64,000 nucleotides of DNA from Octopus bimaculoides (Eukaryota). Each line of letters opens with the position of its first letter. Position 1 is the first letter of the stretch. Below the pieces are notes generated by a model. It ran no database searches and was not told the origin of the DNA. It worked only from the letters and a program-made list of their open reading frames with translations. Where the stretch lies: contig NC_068985.1 in the NCBI RefSeq assembly GCF_001194135.2, positions 70,679,601 to 70,743,600 of the forward strand, given 5' to 3'. Made by a program: the position numbers and the translations under genes. Below, piece after piece: positions 51,621 to 63,330 of this stretch.

Positions 51621-52080
51621 GGAGGCGCAATGACCCAGTGGTTAGGGCAGCTGACTCGCAGTCATAGGATCGCAGTTTCGATTCTCAGACCGGGCGTTGT
51701 GAGTGTTTTTTGAGCGAAAACACCTAAAGCTCCATGACGCTTCGGCAGGGGATGGTGGCGAACCCTGCTGTACTCTTCCACCACAACTTTCTCTCACTCT
51801 TACTTCCTNNNNNNNNNNCGGCAGGGGATGGTGGCGAACCCTGCTGTACTCTTCCACCACAACTTTCTCTCACTCTTACTTCCTGTTTCTGTTGTGCCTG
51901 TAATTCAAAGGGTCAGCCTTGTCACACTGTGTCACGCTGAATATCCCTGAGAACTACGTTAAGGGTACACATGTATGTGGAGTGCTCAACCGCTTGCACG
52001 TTAATTTCACGAGCAGGCTGTTCTGTTGATCGGATCAACTGGAACCCTCGACGTTGTGAGCTACGGAGTGCCAACAACAA
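51621..52080 (+). mobile_element. SINE family E (tRNA head, long body, (CAA)n tail)
   Basis: A box TGACCCAGTGG, B box GTTTCGATTCT; 3' end ...GGATCAACTGGAACCCTCGACG...GGAGTGCCAACAACAAC. Contains a 66-bp assembly overlap around a 10-N gap. Confidence 0.85.
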
Positions 52081-52130
52081 CTATTCCAAACTCACCAATT
52101 ATTATAGGCACGACTTTTATTATTATTGTT

Positions 52131-52161
<31 letters not shown>

Positions 52162-52195
52162 TTGTTATCATTATTATTATTATTATTATTATTAT

Positions 52196-52244
<49 letters not shown>

Positions 52245-52245
<1 letters not shown>

Positions 52246-52512
52246 CATGCCCTCAAAATGACACTGGGGTAAAAGTACAGTATACCCCGCATAACTACCC
52301 GTCTGATAAGGTTACACCAGTCACATGTATCACAACCATACGCATATGTCCATCACATATTTTGAATTTTTATCCATTCTTATTTTTTGAACTTGGCAAA
52401 GACAGACGTACTGTTAAAATATCATTCAACTAAAAAAATATCTTACAATCGAATCGCGCTCTTCGTCTTGACTGTTTACCTTTGTGAAGAGTTACGTCAA
52501 TCCTTTTAAAAA

Positions 52513-52515
<3 letters not shown>
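52245..52515 (+). repeat. Composite repeat (modules shared with 55583-55745 and 55820-55875)
   Basis: ACTACCCGTCTGATAAGG.TACACCAG.CACATG.ATCACAACCATA and CTCTTCGTCTTGACT.TTTACCTT.GTGAAGAGTTACGTCAATCC each occur twice. Confidence 0.8.
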
Positions 52516-52575
<60 letters not shown>

Positions 52576-52590
52576 CATTATTATTATTAT

Positions 52591-52783
52591 TCAGTAGTTT
52601 TATTTTTATAACGTGCTTTCACTTCACTACCGAGCGCAGCTCTGTGTGCCTTGGGTATGTGCTGTGGTTTGCTGTGGTGCTCTTATGGTTACTGTATTGA
52701 AAGTGTTTTGCGTAGGATGTGTGCAGTGCCCAGTAGTGCAATTTTCTGTATGTTATATATATTTGTAAGTCCTGGTGTTTTTA

Positions 52784-52785
<2 letters not shown>
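52591..52785 (-). mobile_element. R4/Dong-clade extreme 3' end, flanked on both sides by (TAA)n
   Basis: Minus translation TPGLTNIYNIQKIALLGTAHILRKTLSIQ* then 3' UTR and (AAT)n. Confidence 0.8.
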
Positions 52786-52826
<41 letters not shown>

Positions 52827-52845
52827 CATCACCATCATCATTATT

Positions 52846-53062
52846 AAGGTGGTGAGTTGGCAGAATCGTTAGCACGCTGGACGAAATGCTTAGCAGTATT
52901 TCGCCCGTTGTTATATTCTGAGTTCATTTTTCCGCCGAGATCGACTTTGCTTTTCATCCATTCGAATCCGATAAATTGAGTACCAGCAAAACATTATGGT
53001 TGATGTAATCGACTAGTCCCCTCCCCCAAAATTTCAGGCCGGGTGTCTTTAGTAGAAAGGAT
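52846..53062 (+). mobile_element. SINE family B, full length
   Basis: GGTGGTGAGTTGGCAGAATCGTTAGCACGCTGGACGAAATGCTTAGC...GTAGAAAGGATTATT. Confidence 0.9.
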
Positions 53063-53074
53063 TATTATTATTAT

Positions 53075-54070
53075 TTATTGTCCTTGCACAGATTCTAACG
53101 CGGGAGATGTACTACGTTGCCAGCTGTTCACTACCAGTGAACTAAGGTAACACCTCTTACTTTTCGAGCACCATCCTGAGTATTCGAGCGGTTCCATGCA
53201 GTGCTGTTTTCTACAAGTGCTCCACCCTTATTGCAACCCTTATTTGTTCCATGTTCTTCTCAAGATTTTTACTCACTGTTCCCAGGGCTCCAAAATCTAT
53301 TGGTACTGCTACCACCTTTTTCAGTGACAACAACTGCTTCACCTCCCAAGCTAAACTGTCATATGTATCGACATTTCTTTCTTCCTTATCGCATACCTTG
53401 TTGTCAGCTGGGCATGCTATATCTATGAGCCAGCACCATTTGCTTTCTTTCTCAATTAACACTATGTGTGGCTTCCTATTTTCTATCTCATGACCGCACT
53501 GAATCATAAAATGCCATAGGATGTTTGCATTATCATGTTTGATGATGCCTTCGCGTTTAAATTCGTACCACTTTTTTGCTCTGTCAAGTCAATACTTGTT
53601 GCAAAATGTCCAATGGACAATCCTTGCTATATAGTCATGACGTCTCTTATATTTTTTTCTGGGCTAGTGGCGTACATTGACTAGTAATATGCCATACAGT
53701 TTCACCATTTTATCCACAGATTCTGCACTGGCAACACAGATCAGAGCCTCCGTTTCCGGTTTTAAATCACCTTTAGTCATCCATGGCCATCTGTTTTCTC
53801 TGTCTGTCTTATCTTTAACATCCCTATGAAATTGTCCATGCATACTTATCTTTATCCAACTATTTTCAGTTTCATTCATTCTCAAGTGCTAGTACAGTGC
53901 TTTATCTTTGCAATCTTCCATCCTACACAAGCCTGACCTTCCTACTTCTAATAATAGTGGGTTTTGTGACATTTTCTACATAGCATGCTATGTTGTTTTC
54001 TCCTGCTTTAATGCTGTGTTCTCATTCAATCAGTTCTCTTCACCCTTCTTTTTCTTGGTACATACCATCT
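53075..54070 (-). mobile_element. R4/Dong-clade retrotransposon 3' kilobase (RT thumb, knuckle, RLE endonuclease), degraded
   Basis: MHGQFHRDVKDKTD...GDLKPETEALIC; KPHIVLIEKESKWCWLIDIACPADNKV...VPIDFGALGTVSKNL; KTALHGTARILRMVLEK*; (AAT)n tail. Confidence 0.85.
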
Positions 54071-54084
54071 GTCTGTGTCACATT

Positions 54085-54270
54085 TTGGGTGGATTATCCG
54101 TTGGGCCAGTGCCGTTCTCTAATATGTTGGCCTGGAAGATCCTTGTAGGTAAGCATTGATGTTGGGTTGCTATGATAAACCCTTCTGTCTCTGATTTTAA
54201 GCCAAAAGACACTAACCTTTGATGGTTAAGGGCTTTGTCAACATCAGCATTATTAGCTGTCAATGGGTAT
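54085..54270 (-). mobile_element. Second R4/Dong-clade fragment abutting (AAT)n
   Basis: LNHQRLVSFGLKSETEGFIIATQHQCLPTRIFQANILENG covers the same domain as KPETEALIC in the adjacent copy, so it is a separate insertion. Confidence 0.75.
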
Positions 54271-54274
54271 TTGC

Positions 54275-54341
<67 letters not shown>

Positions 54342-54355
54342 TTGAGACAAAGTAA

Positions 54356-54860
54356 CTGAAGACATTCAAATCCCTTCATGGTCATGAACTAATACTCTGG
54401 TTACGGTTCATTGACGACGTATTTTTTGTCTGGGAAGGATCACAGGATAGTTTAATGGACTTCTTGCATTTCTGTGATTGTTTTGCTAGAAACTATGGCT
54501 TTAAGTCCAATATAAAATTTACGTCTAGTTTTTCAAAAACTAGCGCTGAATTTTTGGACACAAAACTCAAGTTTTCTGGAGGCAGAATAGTGACAGAGTT
54601 ATTTTGCAAGCCAACGTCATCCCACATATATCTCCACCGCCGCTCCGATCATCCACATCATCTTATTCGGTCAAATCTGAAATCCCAATTTTTGAGGATA
54701 AAACGGATTTGCACTGACATAGGGGATTACTGGAAACATGCAAATGCTTTTGTATGTCATTATGTTAAACGAGGTTACAGTGAATCACGTTTAAAGGAAA
54801 TAGCAAGTGAAATAGCTAAGATTAGCAAAGTTAGTCAAACCTACACGCCTAATCTTAGCA
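54356..54860 (+). mobile_element. Penelope-like reverse transcriptase fragment (5'-truncated, runs into gap)
   Basis: Stop-free frame LKTF...LWLRFIDDVFFVWEGSQDSLMDFL...IKFT...EFLD...LFCKPTSSHIYLHRRSDHPHHL...SQFLRIKRICT...RGYS, with PLE RT motif C and thumb. Confidence 0.85.
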
Positions 54861-55582
54861 NNNNNNNNNNNNNNNNNNNNNNNNNNNNNNNNNNNNNNNN
54901 NNNNNNNNNNNNNNNNNNNNNNNNNNNNNNNNNNNNNNNNNNNNNNNNNNNNNNNNNNNNNNNNNNNNNNNNNNNNNNNNNNNNNNNNNNNNNNNNNNNN
55001 NNNNNNNNNNNNNNNNNNNNNNNNNNNNNNNNNNNNNNNNNNNNNNNNNNNNNNNNNNNNNNNNNNNNNNNNNNNNNNNNNNNNNNNNNNNNNNNNNNNN
55101 NNNNNNNNNNNNNNNNNNNNNNNNNNNNNNNNNNNNNNNNNNNNNNNNNNNNNNNNNNNNNNNNNNNNNNNNNNNNNNNNNNNNNNNNNNNNNNNNNNNN
55201 NNNNNNNNNNNNNNNNNNNNNNNNNNNNNNNNNNNNNNNNNNNNNNNNNNNNNNNNNNNNNNNNNNNNNNNNNNNNNNNNNNNNNNNNNNNNNNNNNNNN
55301 NNNNNNNNNNNNNNNNNNNNNNNNNNNNNNNNNNNNNNNNNNNNNNNNNNNNNNNNNNNNNNNNNNNNNNNNNNNNNNNNNNNNNNNNNNNNNNNNNNNN
55401 NNNNNNNNNNNNNNNNNNNNNNNNNNNNNNNNNNNNNATTCTTCTTTCTCTGTTTTTCTTTTCTTTTTCTGTCGTCTTCCTTTTTCTTTCTTTCTTTCTG
55501 CTTATTAAAAAACTGACAAAAGCTGATGATGTCATTCTATCAACGTATGGACGCTGGTTAGTCACGTTCATAGTTTACGTTT

Positions 55583-55775
55583 GGTTTCTGAAATTTTGAA
55601 TTTTCAATCACCTTTTGGTTTGAACTTGAGAAAGACAGACGTTCTGTCGAAATATTGTTCAAAAAATAAAACATCTAAAATCGCACTCTTCGTCTTGACT
55701 ATTTACCTTCGTGAAGAGTTACGTCAATCCTTTTTTAAAAATATTATTATTATTATTATTATTATCATTGTTATT

Positions 55776-55807
<32 letters not shown>

Positions 55808-56275
55808 GAGAGAGCAGTGCATGACTACCCGTCTGATAAGGGTACACCAGACACATGCATCACAACCATATGTGCGCGACATGGTGATCTCATTTCAAAA
55901 TAAACACCGCATGACCTCACAGGTGGGACCCAGTTAGAATTTTCTTGAGGTCGAGTAGCCCATTCCATTCAAAAGGTCCCTGAATAAGGTTTGTTTAAGG
56001 ATGTTGAGCAAAACACCCATGTTTCCAAAGGTGAATTATTCAAACTCCAAAGAATTCCTCTCAACACATGGCTATGATGCTCCCCACTACCTCTGCTCAT
56101 GATCAGGGATGCACATATCGTCAGCCACCAAGGGACATGCTCAACTGGTTAAGGTCAAACAACTGACAAGCAAATATGTGGTATTAAGCAGAATATTTGC
56201 TGTAGCCCATCTTTTATACCAAGACAAAACAACGTACATGATAACACTTCGAATCAATTTGCATCAGGGCATCTT
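55583..56275 (+). repeat. Non-coding dispersed repeat modules separated by (ATT)/(ATC)n
   Basis: 55583-55745 matches 52360-52515; 55825-55870 matches 52300-52345 and continues for about 400 bp. Confidence 0.7.
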
Positions 56276-56277
56276 AT

Positions 56278-56337
<60 letters not shown>

Positions 56338-56389
56338 ATTATTATTATTATCTTCAGAATCTCATTGCATACATTTATAGGACCTTCTG

Positions 56390-57103
56390 CCACTAGCTTT
56401 GGATCTCGACAACAGTGTTAAAACGGTGATCTTTGAGCTGCATTTTCATCTTGGGGAAAAGATGGAAGTCTGCAGGCGCTAAATCTGGCGAATATGGCGG
56501 GTGCAGAAGTGATACCATGTTTTTTTTTTTTTGGCAAGAAGCTCACAAGTGAGGAGAACTCGGTGAAAAATCCAATTCTTCACGTTCCACAGATCCTGTC
56601 GTTTCCGCCGAATGTCCTCCCTTAAACGCTTCAAAATGTCACAGTAGAACTCTCAATTGATGGTCTATCCATGGAAGACGAATTCTCAATGCACACTACA
56701 ACATCTCCGAGGTTGATGCTCGTAGCAGGTCTTCCGGACTGCTCATCGTCTTCTAGGGACTTTCCTCCACTCTTGAAGTGCTCGTGCCACTCGAAACATT
56801 GTGTAAGACGCATTGCCTCATCACTGTAAACTTACTGAAACATGCTCAATGATTCTGTAGCAGATGTCCCAAGTTTAACTCAAAATTTCTCATTGGCTAT
56901 GTATGCCTGTCCATAACAAAATCGCAGACTACAGCTTACACATGATCATATAAACTCAAATTTCACAACTTGCATAGTAAACACAGCGTTGTCACTCGGC
57001 ACACTGCTTCATGAAGGTCACTGCTGGCTCACGTTGTGCACACAATGGTGTACTGTCATCTATTGGTGCGCTACAGAACTAGTCCGGGGACGTTTTGATA
57101 TAC
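56390..57103 (-). mobile_element. Mariner (DD34D-type) transposase remnant with internal deletions
   Basis: Minus frames: VKLGTSATES...CFEWHEHFKSGGKSLEDDEQSGRP, FYCDILKRLREDIRRKR, HPPYSPDLAPADFHLFPKMK; TIR-like TATCAAAACGTCCCCGGACT at the 57100 end. Confidence 0.8.
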
Positions 57104-57104
57104 T

Positions 57105-57810
57105 TAAAATTATCAATCTTGTGCAATTTTGGAATTGATGGAAAGCCAAGGAATATTCTCAAATAATATTCAGTTCCGTTTTTAATCACTCCAAGTGCCC
57201 CTACAATCACTGGTACTGTAACCTCTTTGAGATGCAACAATTTTTCGATTTCAATAAGTAAATCTTTATATTCTCTGAGCTTGTCGAATTTTTTTGCCGA
57301 TGTGTTATAATTACAAAGAATACTCATGTAGATCAACAAAGACACTTTATTACCTCGGTTTTTCACAACACTCTCTGGTTTATTAGCATTGATAGTTATA
57401 CATTTATATGCTGAAAAGTCCCAAAGAATCGTTATTTTCTCTTCCCTAGTTACAGCTTCAGGGCGGTGCTTGTACCACTTGTCAATAGCTTTGATTTTAT
57501 AATGCCGACATATTAACCAGTGAAGATATTGGCCAACTTTGTCATGTTTTCATTGATACTTCACAGAATGAAGCTTCTTACGGATCTTGTAATTTTCAGC
57601 GAATTTTCGCATCCAGTCGTTAGTTTTTCAAGCTATTTGTCCAGTCCAGTTGCGGTACAGTTCAAACTAGATCAAGTTTGGGCCTCCTTTGGTTCTAGGA
57701 AGGCAAAATCTATCCACCCCTGCCTTTGAGCGGTGCATCTTATTGCAAGTCAGCAGCTTGCGTATTTTTCCGTCAACCTTCTTTATTTCTCTGATTTCCA
57801 ATTCAACACA
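57105..57810 (-). mobile_element. R4/Dong-clade fragment (RT thumb joined to RLE C-terminus)
   Basis: VDGKIRKLLTCNKMHRSKAGVDRFCLPRTKGG (57800-57660) and KLREYKDLLIEIEKLLHLKEVTVPVIVGALGVIK (57300-57180). Confidence 0.8.
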
Positions 57811-60800
57811 TTGAAGCTATAAGCATTATTCTTGTTGTTGTTACGTCAGAAGCGTTTAGTATATCCTACTCATATTCTATATGGAGATGGTAAAACGGTC
57901 AGTTCGTACTGTAGTCTCTGGCTAAACTTGTCGTGCTTAAAATTCCCATCCTTTGAAGAAAGCATAGGAGTACGTAACGTGACTTCTTTTTAAGACAGAA
58001 GCGTTTTTGTATTTTTTTTGCGGGGCATTTGGCTGTTAGCTCTGTGTAGATAAAGGAACATATATAGGCTGTCGTGTTGTAATGGTTTCGTCCCCTTTTA
58101 AACAAGAATTTGTATGACAGCGTGCTGAGTATAAGAAATATAGCTTTCCTTCTGTTTGAAAAAATGTGTTAAGGAAAGAGATGGGATCCTAATCAGATTT
58201 GATTCAACACCAGAACTATTTCGCTTTACTCATGTTACTGAAGTTCATATGAAAGACATTAAAGCATAACATTCCCTTACCTGACTCTTTAAAATTTCAA
58301 ACCTTCAACATTTTAACATTGTAAGGTATCACTTATATACATATAATGATGATTTATGCTCACTAACACAACTCTCCCCACCACTTTTTTTTTAGAATAG
58401 AGTGGAATGGATGACAGTCAATTGAATTGAACAAGAATATATTATAGTTTGGAGAGAGAAACTTGCTTCAGGGATAAGTGAACTTAGAAATGTAAAAACA
58501 AGGCAGCCTTTTGTGAAAGGTAAAGTTGTATATATTGTAGAATGTTACTGGTGTTCGTTTTATCAATCCCTAGCAAGCTGAAAGGCAAGCTCAACTCGTC
58601 GTTGAGTGATGTCTATTCTGGGGTACAAAGTTATCTGTTAACCGTATTTGTATAATATAGGTTTCTAACCTTTTCTTAAAGTCATAAGAATTTAGGGAGA
58701 TCTAAAGTTAAATGGATTAGCGACAGCAAGCAAGTGCTTTATGAGGAATAAGAAGGAAAGGGCTCTTTTGTATGGTTCAGGCAACAGTTGGTGAGTATCG
58801 TCTTGACTGGTTTCCGAAACAGGTGGAACATGAAGAGGAAAAAATTGCGCCTCATGGTTTGGGGCAGTACAAAGCAGTATAACAGGGTATCGAGTTACCG
58901 TTAAACTGGAGACACATGGTGAAATACTTCAACAGAATTTTCTCTAGAAAATGCACTCATGAGGCAGGTAGTGATGGTGTTAAACAAAGTACCTGATTGA
59001 CAACACGATCCTAAAAGATATGAAATTAATCTGACAGGTTTCCATACATTTTCAGTACTCAATTTCAATTCAAGGTCTGGGTTAACTTTGGGGTTTAGTA
59101 GAATATACATATCCAAAGCCAACGTTCTATGCAATGAGATCGAACACAGAATCTGTGATTACGAAACACTACTTCTTAACTGCTTGGATATACCTACGCC
59201 TAAATAATATACGTTTTATTATTTAGTGAAGTAAACATTCACAAATTTAATACAGTAAGTATAACTCTAATTGATCAAAGACACCTGTGTCGTAGAAAGA
59301 TAAACATTGTTTAATAATGTTTAAGTAAATCAAAAGAAAGGAAAGGACAGCAAGTCAAAATAGAAGTGAAAAATTGTTTATATAGTTTATACTCGTTTTT
59401 ACATCAATTCATAATTATTTGGAGCAATAGCATGAGCATAACAATTATGTTTGGGTAGGCGTGGTCAATTAAAACAATCTCAATACTTTATTTCAGTTTA
59501 TCACTGTAGAAATAATAATACACAAAGTCATCCTAAGACAGAACAAAGTAACGAAATATTACAGGTAAATTTGTTGTACGCTCTACTGACTGTGTTTCTC
59601 ATCATTCTGTCATTTATTTATGTTAACTAAAGTATCAGACATGTTGTAGAGATTTTTATAGCAAACAGATGAATCACAGAATGAAGTTAAAATAACACAA
59701 ATATTTAAGCGACACATGGTATATTAGCATGAAAAAAAATCTAATTAGCTGTCGGATGAGACTTATGGCATTTCTTAGTTGCAACAACTTCATGCAACGG
59801 CATTAAAATAATATACATTCTGTTTATACGCTCCAGAGTATTTACATGACTCGTTAGACCATGGGTGTGTATCTGGAAAGTCGCTCAACAAGATGCAGGG
59901 CAAGGCATGACTATTAAGGAAGCGGACGTGTGAGAAGTAACAGTTCATGAGTTTGCCTTCTTCATGACACAGCGTTGCCCATGGGCCAATAGAGCTCGGT
60001 GCCAGTGTGCTCCTCCACGTTGCCGCTCGGTGGCAAAGAGCTGGAACTGACGCTGCAGGCATTCCATATTCTAGCAATTGCACCCGTCAACCATCCGAGA
60101 TCGGTAATTCATTTGACTTCAGCAAGATTTGAATACTAAACGCACATATCCGAACGAAATATTTCGGTATATTCTATCAAACTTTCTATTGACCCTGTCA
60201 TTTCGATGTATTCTTTTTAGACTATAAGACCTAATAACTACAGCTGAAAGATCTCTTGAACTGAAACTATCAGGCATTATTGCCAGTAATGTGGCACAAA
60301 ACAATTCAAAGTTTGCTATGACACGATATTGATAGTTATCAGGATTTCTAATAGCTTGATCTTAATAAGTTGGATCAATCACGGCAGATCTGGGGTTAAA
60401 ACAGCAATAACGTCTATATGACTGGCAAAGGCATCACTTGAAAATTTGCAAGATAATAGGATATAGGACTTACGGCAGAAAATTAACTTTCAAGAAGCTC
60501 AGACCTTCTGCTTGTAATTCATATAACTATAAACAGTAGTAGCACTGCAGTATTGACAAATTTTGCATTAGCAGATATTTACACACGCATATACACATAT
60601 GCATGCACGCACACCCATATGTGTCATCATAACCATATATTGCTATAAAGTATCAACATTATTACCGTTCTTATTGTTTCATTTACGTGCTTAATTTTGA
60701 CTAGTTTCAACATATTTAAACTCAAATTACTTTTATCGATAAAATTGTTAAAGATAAGGAATTTTTAAAAATCTAATAATCATTGAAAAATAAATGAAGA

Positions 60801-60823
60801 GGGCTTTATTCACTTACAAATAT

Positions 60824-60996
60824 TGGTTTCAAATTTTGGGACTAGGGCAGCAATTTCGTGCGACTGGGTAAGTCGATTACATCGACACCAGTGTTCGACT
60901 GGTATTTATTTCATCGAGTCTCAGAACCTACAGACGAACGAAATGCCGCTCAGCATTTTTCCAGGCGTGCTAACGATTCTGCCAGATCGCTGCCCT
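60824..60996 (-). mobile_element. SINE family B, internally deleted
   Basis: GAAATGCCGCTCAGCATTTTTCCAGGCGTGCTAACGATTCTGCCAGATCGCTGCC is the reverse complement of the family B head. Confidence 0.85.
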
Positions 60997-61130
60997 ATTC
61001 GCTGATAAACATTGCCATGGATTAATAGAGATTCTTGTAAGCTAAGATTGCTATTATTAACATAATGGTTCAAAAACTGACAAAAAGAAATATGTGAAAA
61101 TCAAAGTAATAGAATGTATTTCTGAAGTAT

Positions 61131-61525
61131 AGGCGCTGGCATGACTGTGTGATTAATGCTTGCTTTGCAGCTACTTGGTTTCGGGTTCATTCCTACTGCG
61201 CGGCACCTAGGGCTTCTGTGAAAGCCCGTGACTGAACAATGTTTTGTGAATGAATTTGGTAGACGGAAATTGTGGCACATATAGATTTGCTTATATATAC
61301 ATGTGTGTGCGTGTGGATGAATTTCTGTTTTTCCAGCACAACTACCAACATTTCACAACTAATATTGCTTTGTTTACGTGCATGTTTTCGGCATAAGTGA
61401 TCGATAGACTAAGAAAACTACCAGACAATAAAAATAAGTATTGGGATCGATTTTGCTGGATTAAATTCTTCAAGGTGTGCTACCGCATAACTGCAGTCCT
61501 GTGAGTGAAACAAATATAAGAAAAC
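61131..61525 (+). mobile_element. SINE family A, old and diverged
   Basis: AGGCGCTGGCATGACTGTGTGATTAA...GAATTTGGTAGACGGAAA...; degenerate tail ending GAAACAAATATAAGAAAAC. Confidence 0.65.
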
Positions 61526-61761
61526 AAGAAAGTAATATGAATGGGTTTCGAAATCCTTTAAATGAACATAGAACCCAGGTAAAAGGTTAACGATATATCC
61601 ACTCATTAAGAAAAAAATACCGTTCTGAATCGAGTTACTTTACCATCTGCCGATTTAGAAACGGTTGACGGTTTAGTAAGGAGTAAACAAAATCTTCAAC
61701 GAAAAGTACTTGTTAGTTAACAGTTTTGTTATGTGTTTCGTTTATTTTTTTCTTTCTCAAG

Positions 61762-62009
61762 CACAAATAGTCTGCTAACTGACATTCAGTACAGGTAAAT
61801 CTTTAGAATGGGGGTAAACGAATAATTTCTTACTTTATTTCCTTTGTACTCTGAGCCATTACTATCTTTCAGTATCCTAATATATCATTGGAAACATACC
61901 ACGACTTACACTTCGAAATCCGTAAATTTCTGGGTCACCGTTCATGGTAAATGATGAGAAATTGCTGTTTGAGGGTGGGTGTGGCAGGGGAACGTCGAAA
62001 ATAAGCAAG
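61762..62009 (+). other. Two candidate spliced exons (61762-61794 and 61873-62009), product unknown
   Basis: Acceptors TTTTTTTCTTTCTCAAG and ACTATCTTTCAG; donors ACAG|GTAAAT and CAAG|GTAAGT; 78-nt intron. No recognised homology. Confidence 0.25.
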
Positions 62010-62979
62010 GTAAGTATTTCTGAATCACATAAAAGAATAAATATATCTGACAAATGCCTAGAAATTGGTAAAGAAATGTGCAGGAATGTTAAGCGCATCA
62101 CTGTACTTTTGACAGCAAGGGCGAACATTTCAAATATTAGTTGGCCTCTAAATGTTCTCTCCTTCAATGAAAAGTTCCTCTGATGTCTTAGAAGATCATA
62201 TATTTTCTTGAGGGGAGAGAAATTACTGAAGTGATGGTTCCGTAAAGACATTATGCCAGTGTTGTCATAAAAATAAAAATAAAAATGGCAAAGAAAGCAA
62301 ATTTGGAAGAATGTCGAAAATTCTATAATTATATTTGCTAGCATTCAGACAAATAGGATATGGATATATTTGCTAAAGACATGGCTCTCTGATAATATTA
62401 GTAGAAAAGAAGTTCTTTAAAATAATTTACCAAAGGGTAGCTTAATCTCAGAAAATGACTAGATGTCATTTTAAAATACGTATCAGGGTTATGGCCAGCA
62501 TCAGAGGCTGATTTAATATGCTCTAATATGCTGACGTTTAATCTAATACTTCACCTCTTTGATCTATTTTGGAATATAGTTCTATAGATCTTCAAATGGC
62601 AAAGTTATTTGCCATATTCATTGGTTAGATTATAGCATAATCATCTTGTACATATTTTGCGGTTCATTTTTATTTATTTTGTTTTCATAAAGCATATTTC
62701 GACCTTTCTTAGTATCACACATGCACACATACTTACTCATACACACATAATCTTATCTACACGCACACATACCTTAAAACATTAGTTAACCATATATCTT
62801 ATTCTAAGACCGCACAAATATATTCATATGAATATCTTTTTATTGGTATAGCATTATATTCATACCTACGTATTTTTTTGCGTCACGCTAAGGGAACGAA
62901 CGAAAAGGAGAAAGAGAACATAGCCAAGGAGAAAAAAGGGAAAGTAAAAGAGATGGCAATGGTAAATGGTAGTGTTTGT

Positions 62980-63330
62980 GGTGGTGGTGGTGGTGGTGTT
63001 GGAGTTGTTGTTGTTGTTGTTGGTGGTGGTGGCGGCGGCGGCGGCGGCGGTGGTNNNNNNNNNNNNNNNNNNNNNNNNNNNNNNNNNNNNNNNNNNNNNN
63101 NNNNNNNNNNNNNNNNNNNNNNNNNNNNNNNNNNNNNNNNNNNNNNNNNNNNNNNNNNNNNNNNNNNNNNNNNNNNNNNNNNNNNNNNNNNNNNNNNNNN
63201 NNNNNNNNNNNNNNNNNNNNNNNNNNNNNNNNNNNNNNNNNNNNNNNNNNNNNNNNNGTGGTGGTGGTGGTGGTGGTGGTGGTGGTGGTGGTGTCGATGG
63301 CGGTGGCGGCGCCAGCGGTGGTGGTGGAGG
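62980..63330. repeat. Compound (GGT)/(GTT)/(GGC)n microsatellite around a gap
   Basis: Directly visible. Confidence 0.9.

Noticed and set aside
51621-51695. tRNA-like sequences here and at 15690, 25316, 32226 and 43060
   Set aside because: They have A/B boxes but no full cloverleaf and continue into shared SINE bodies, so they are SINE heads, not tRNA genes.
51743-51884. Exact 66-bp tandem duplication inside SINE E
   Set aside because: The identical copies flank a 10-N gap (51809-51818), typical of an unmerged contig overlap; likely an assembly artefact.
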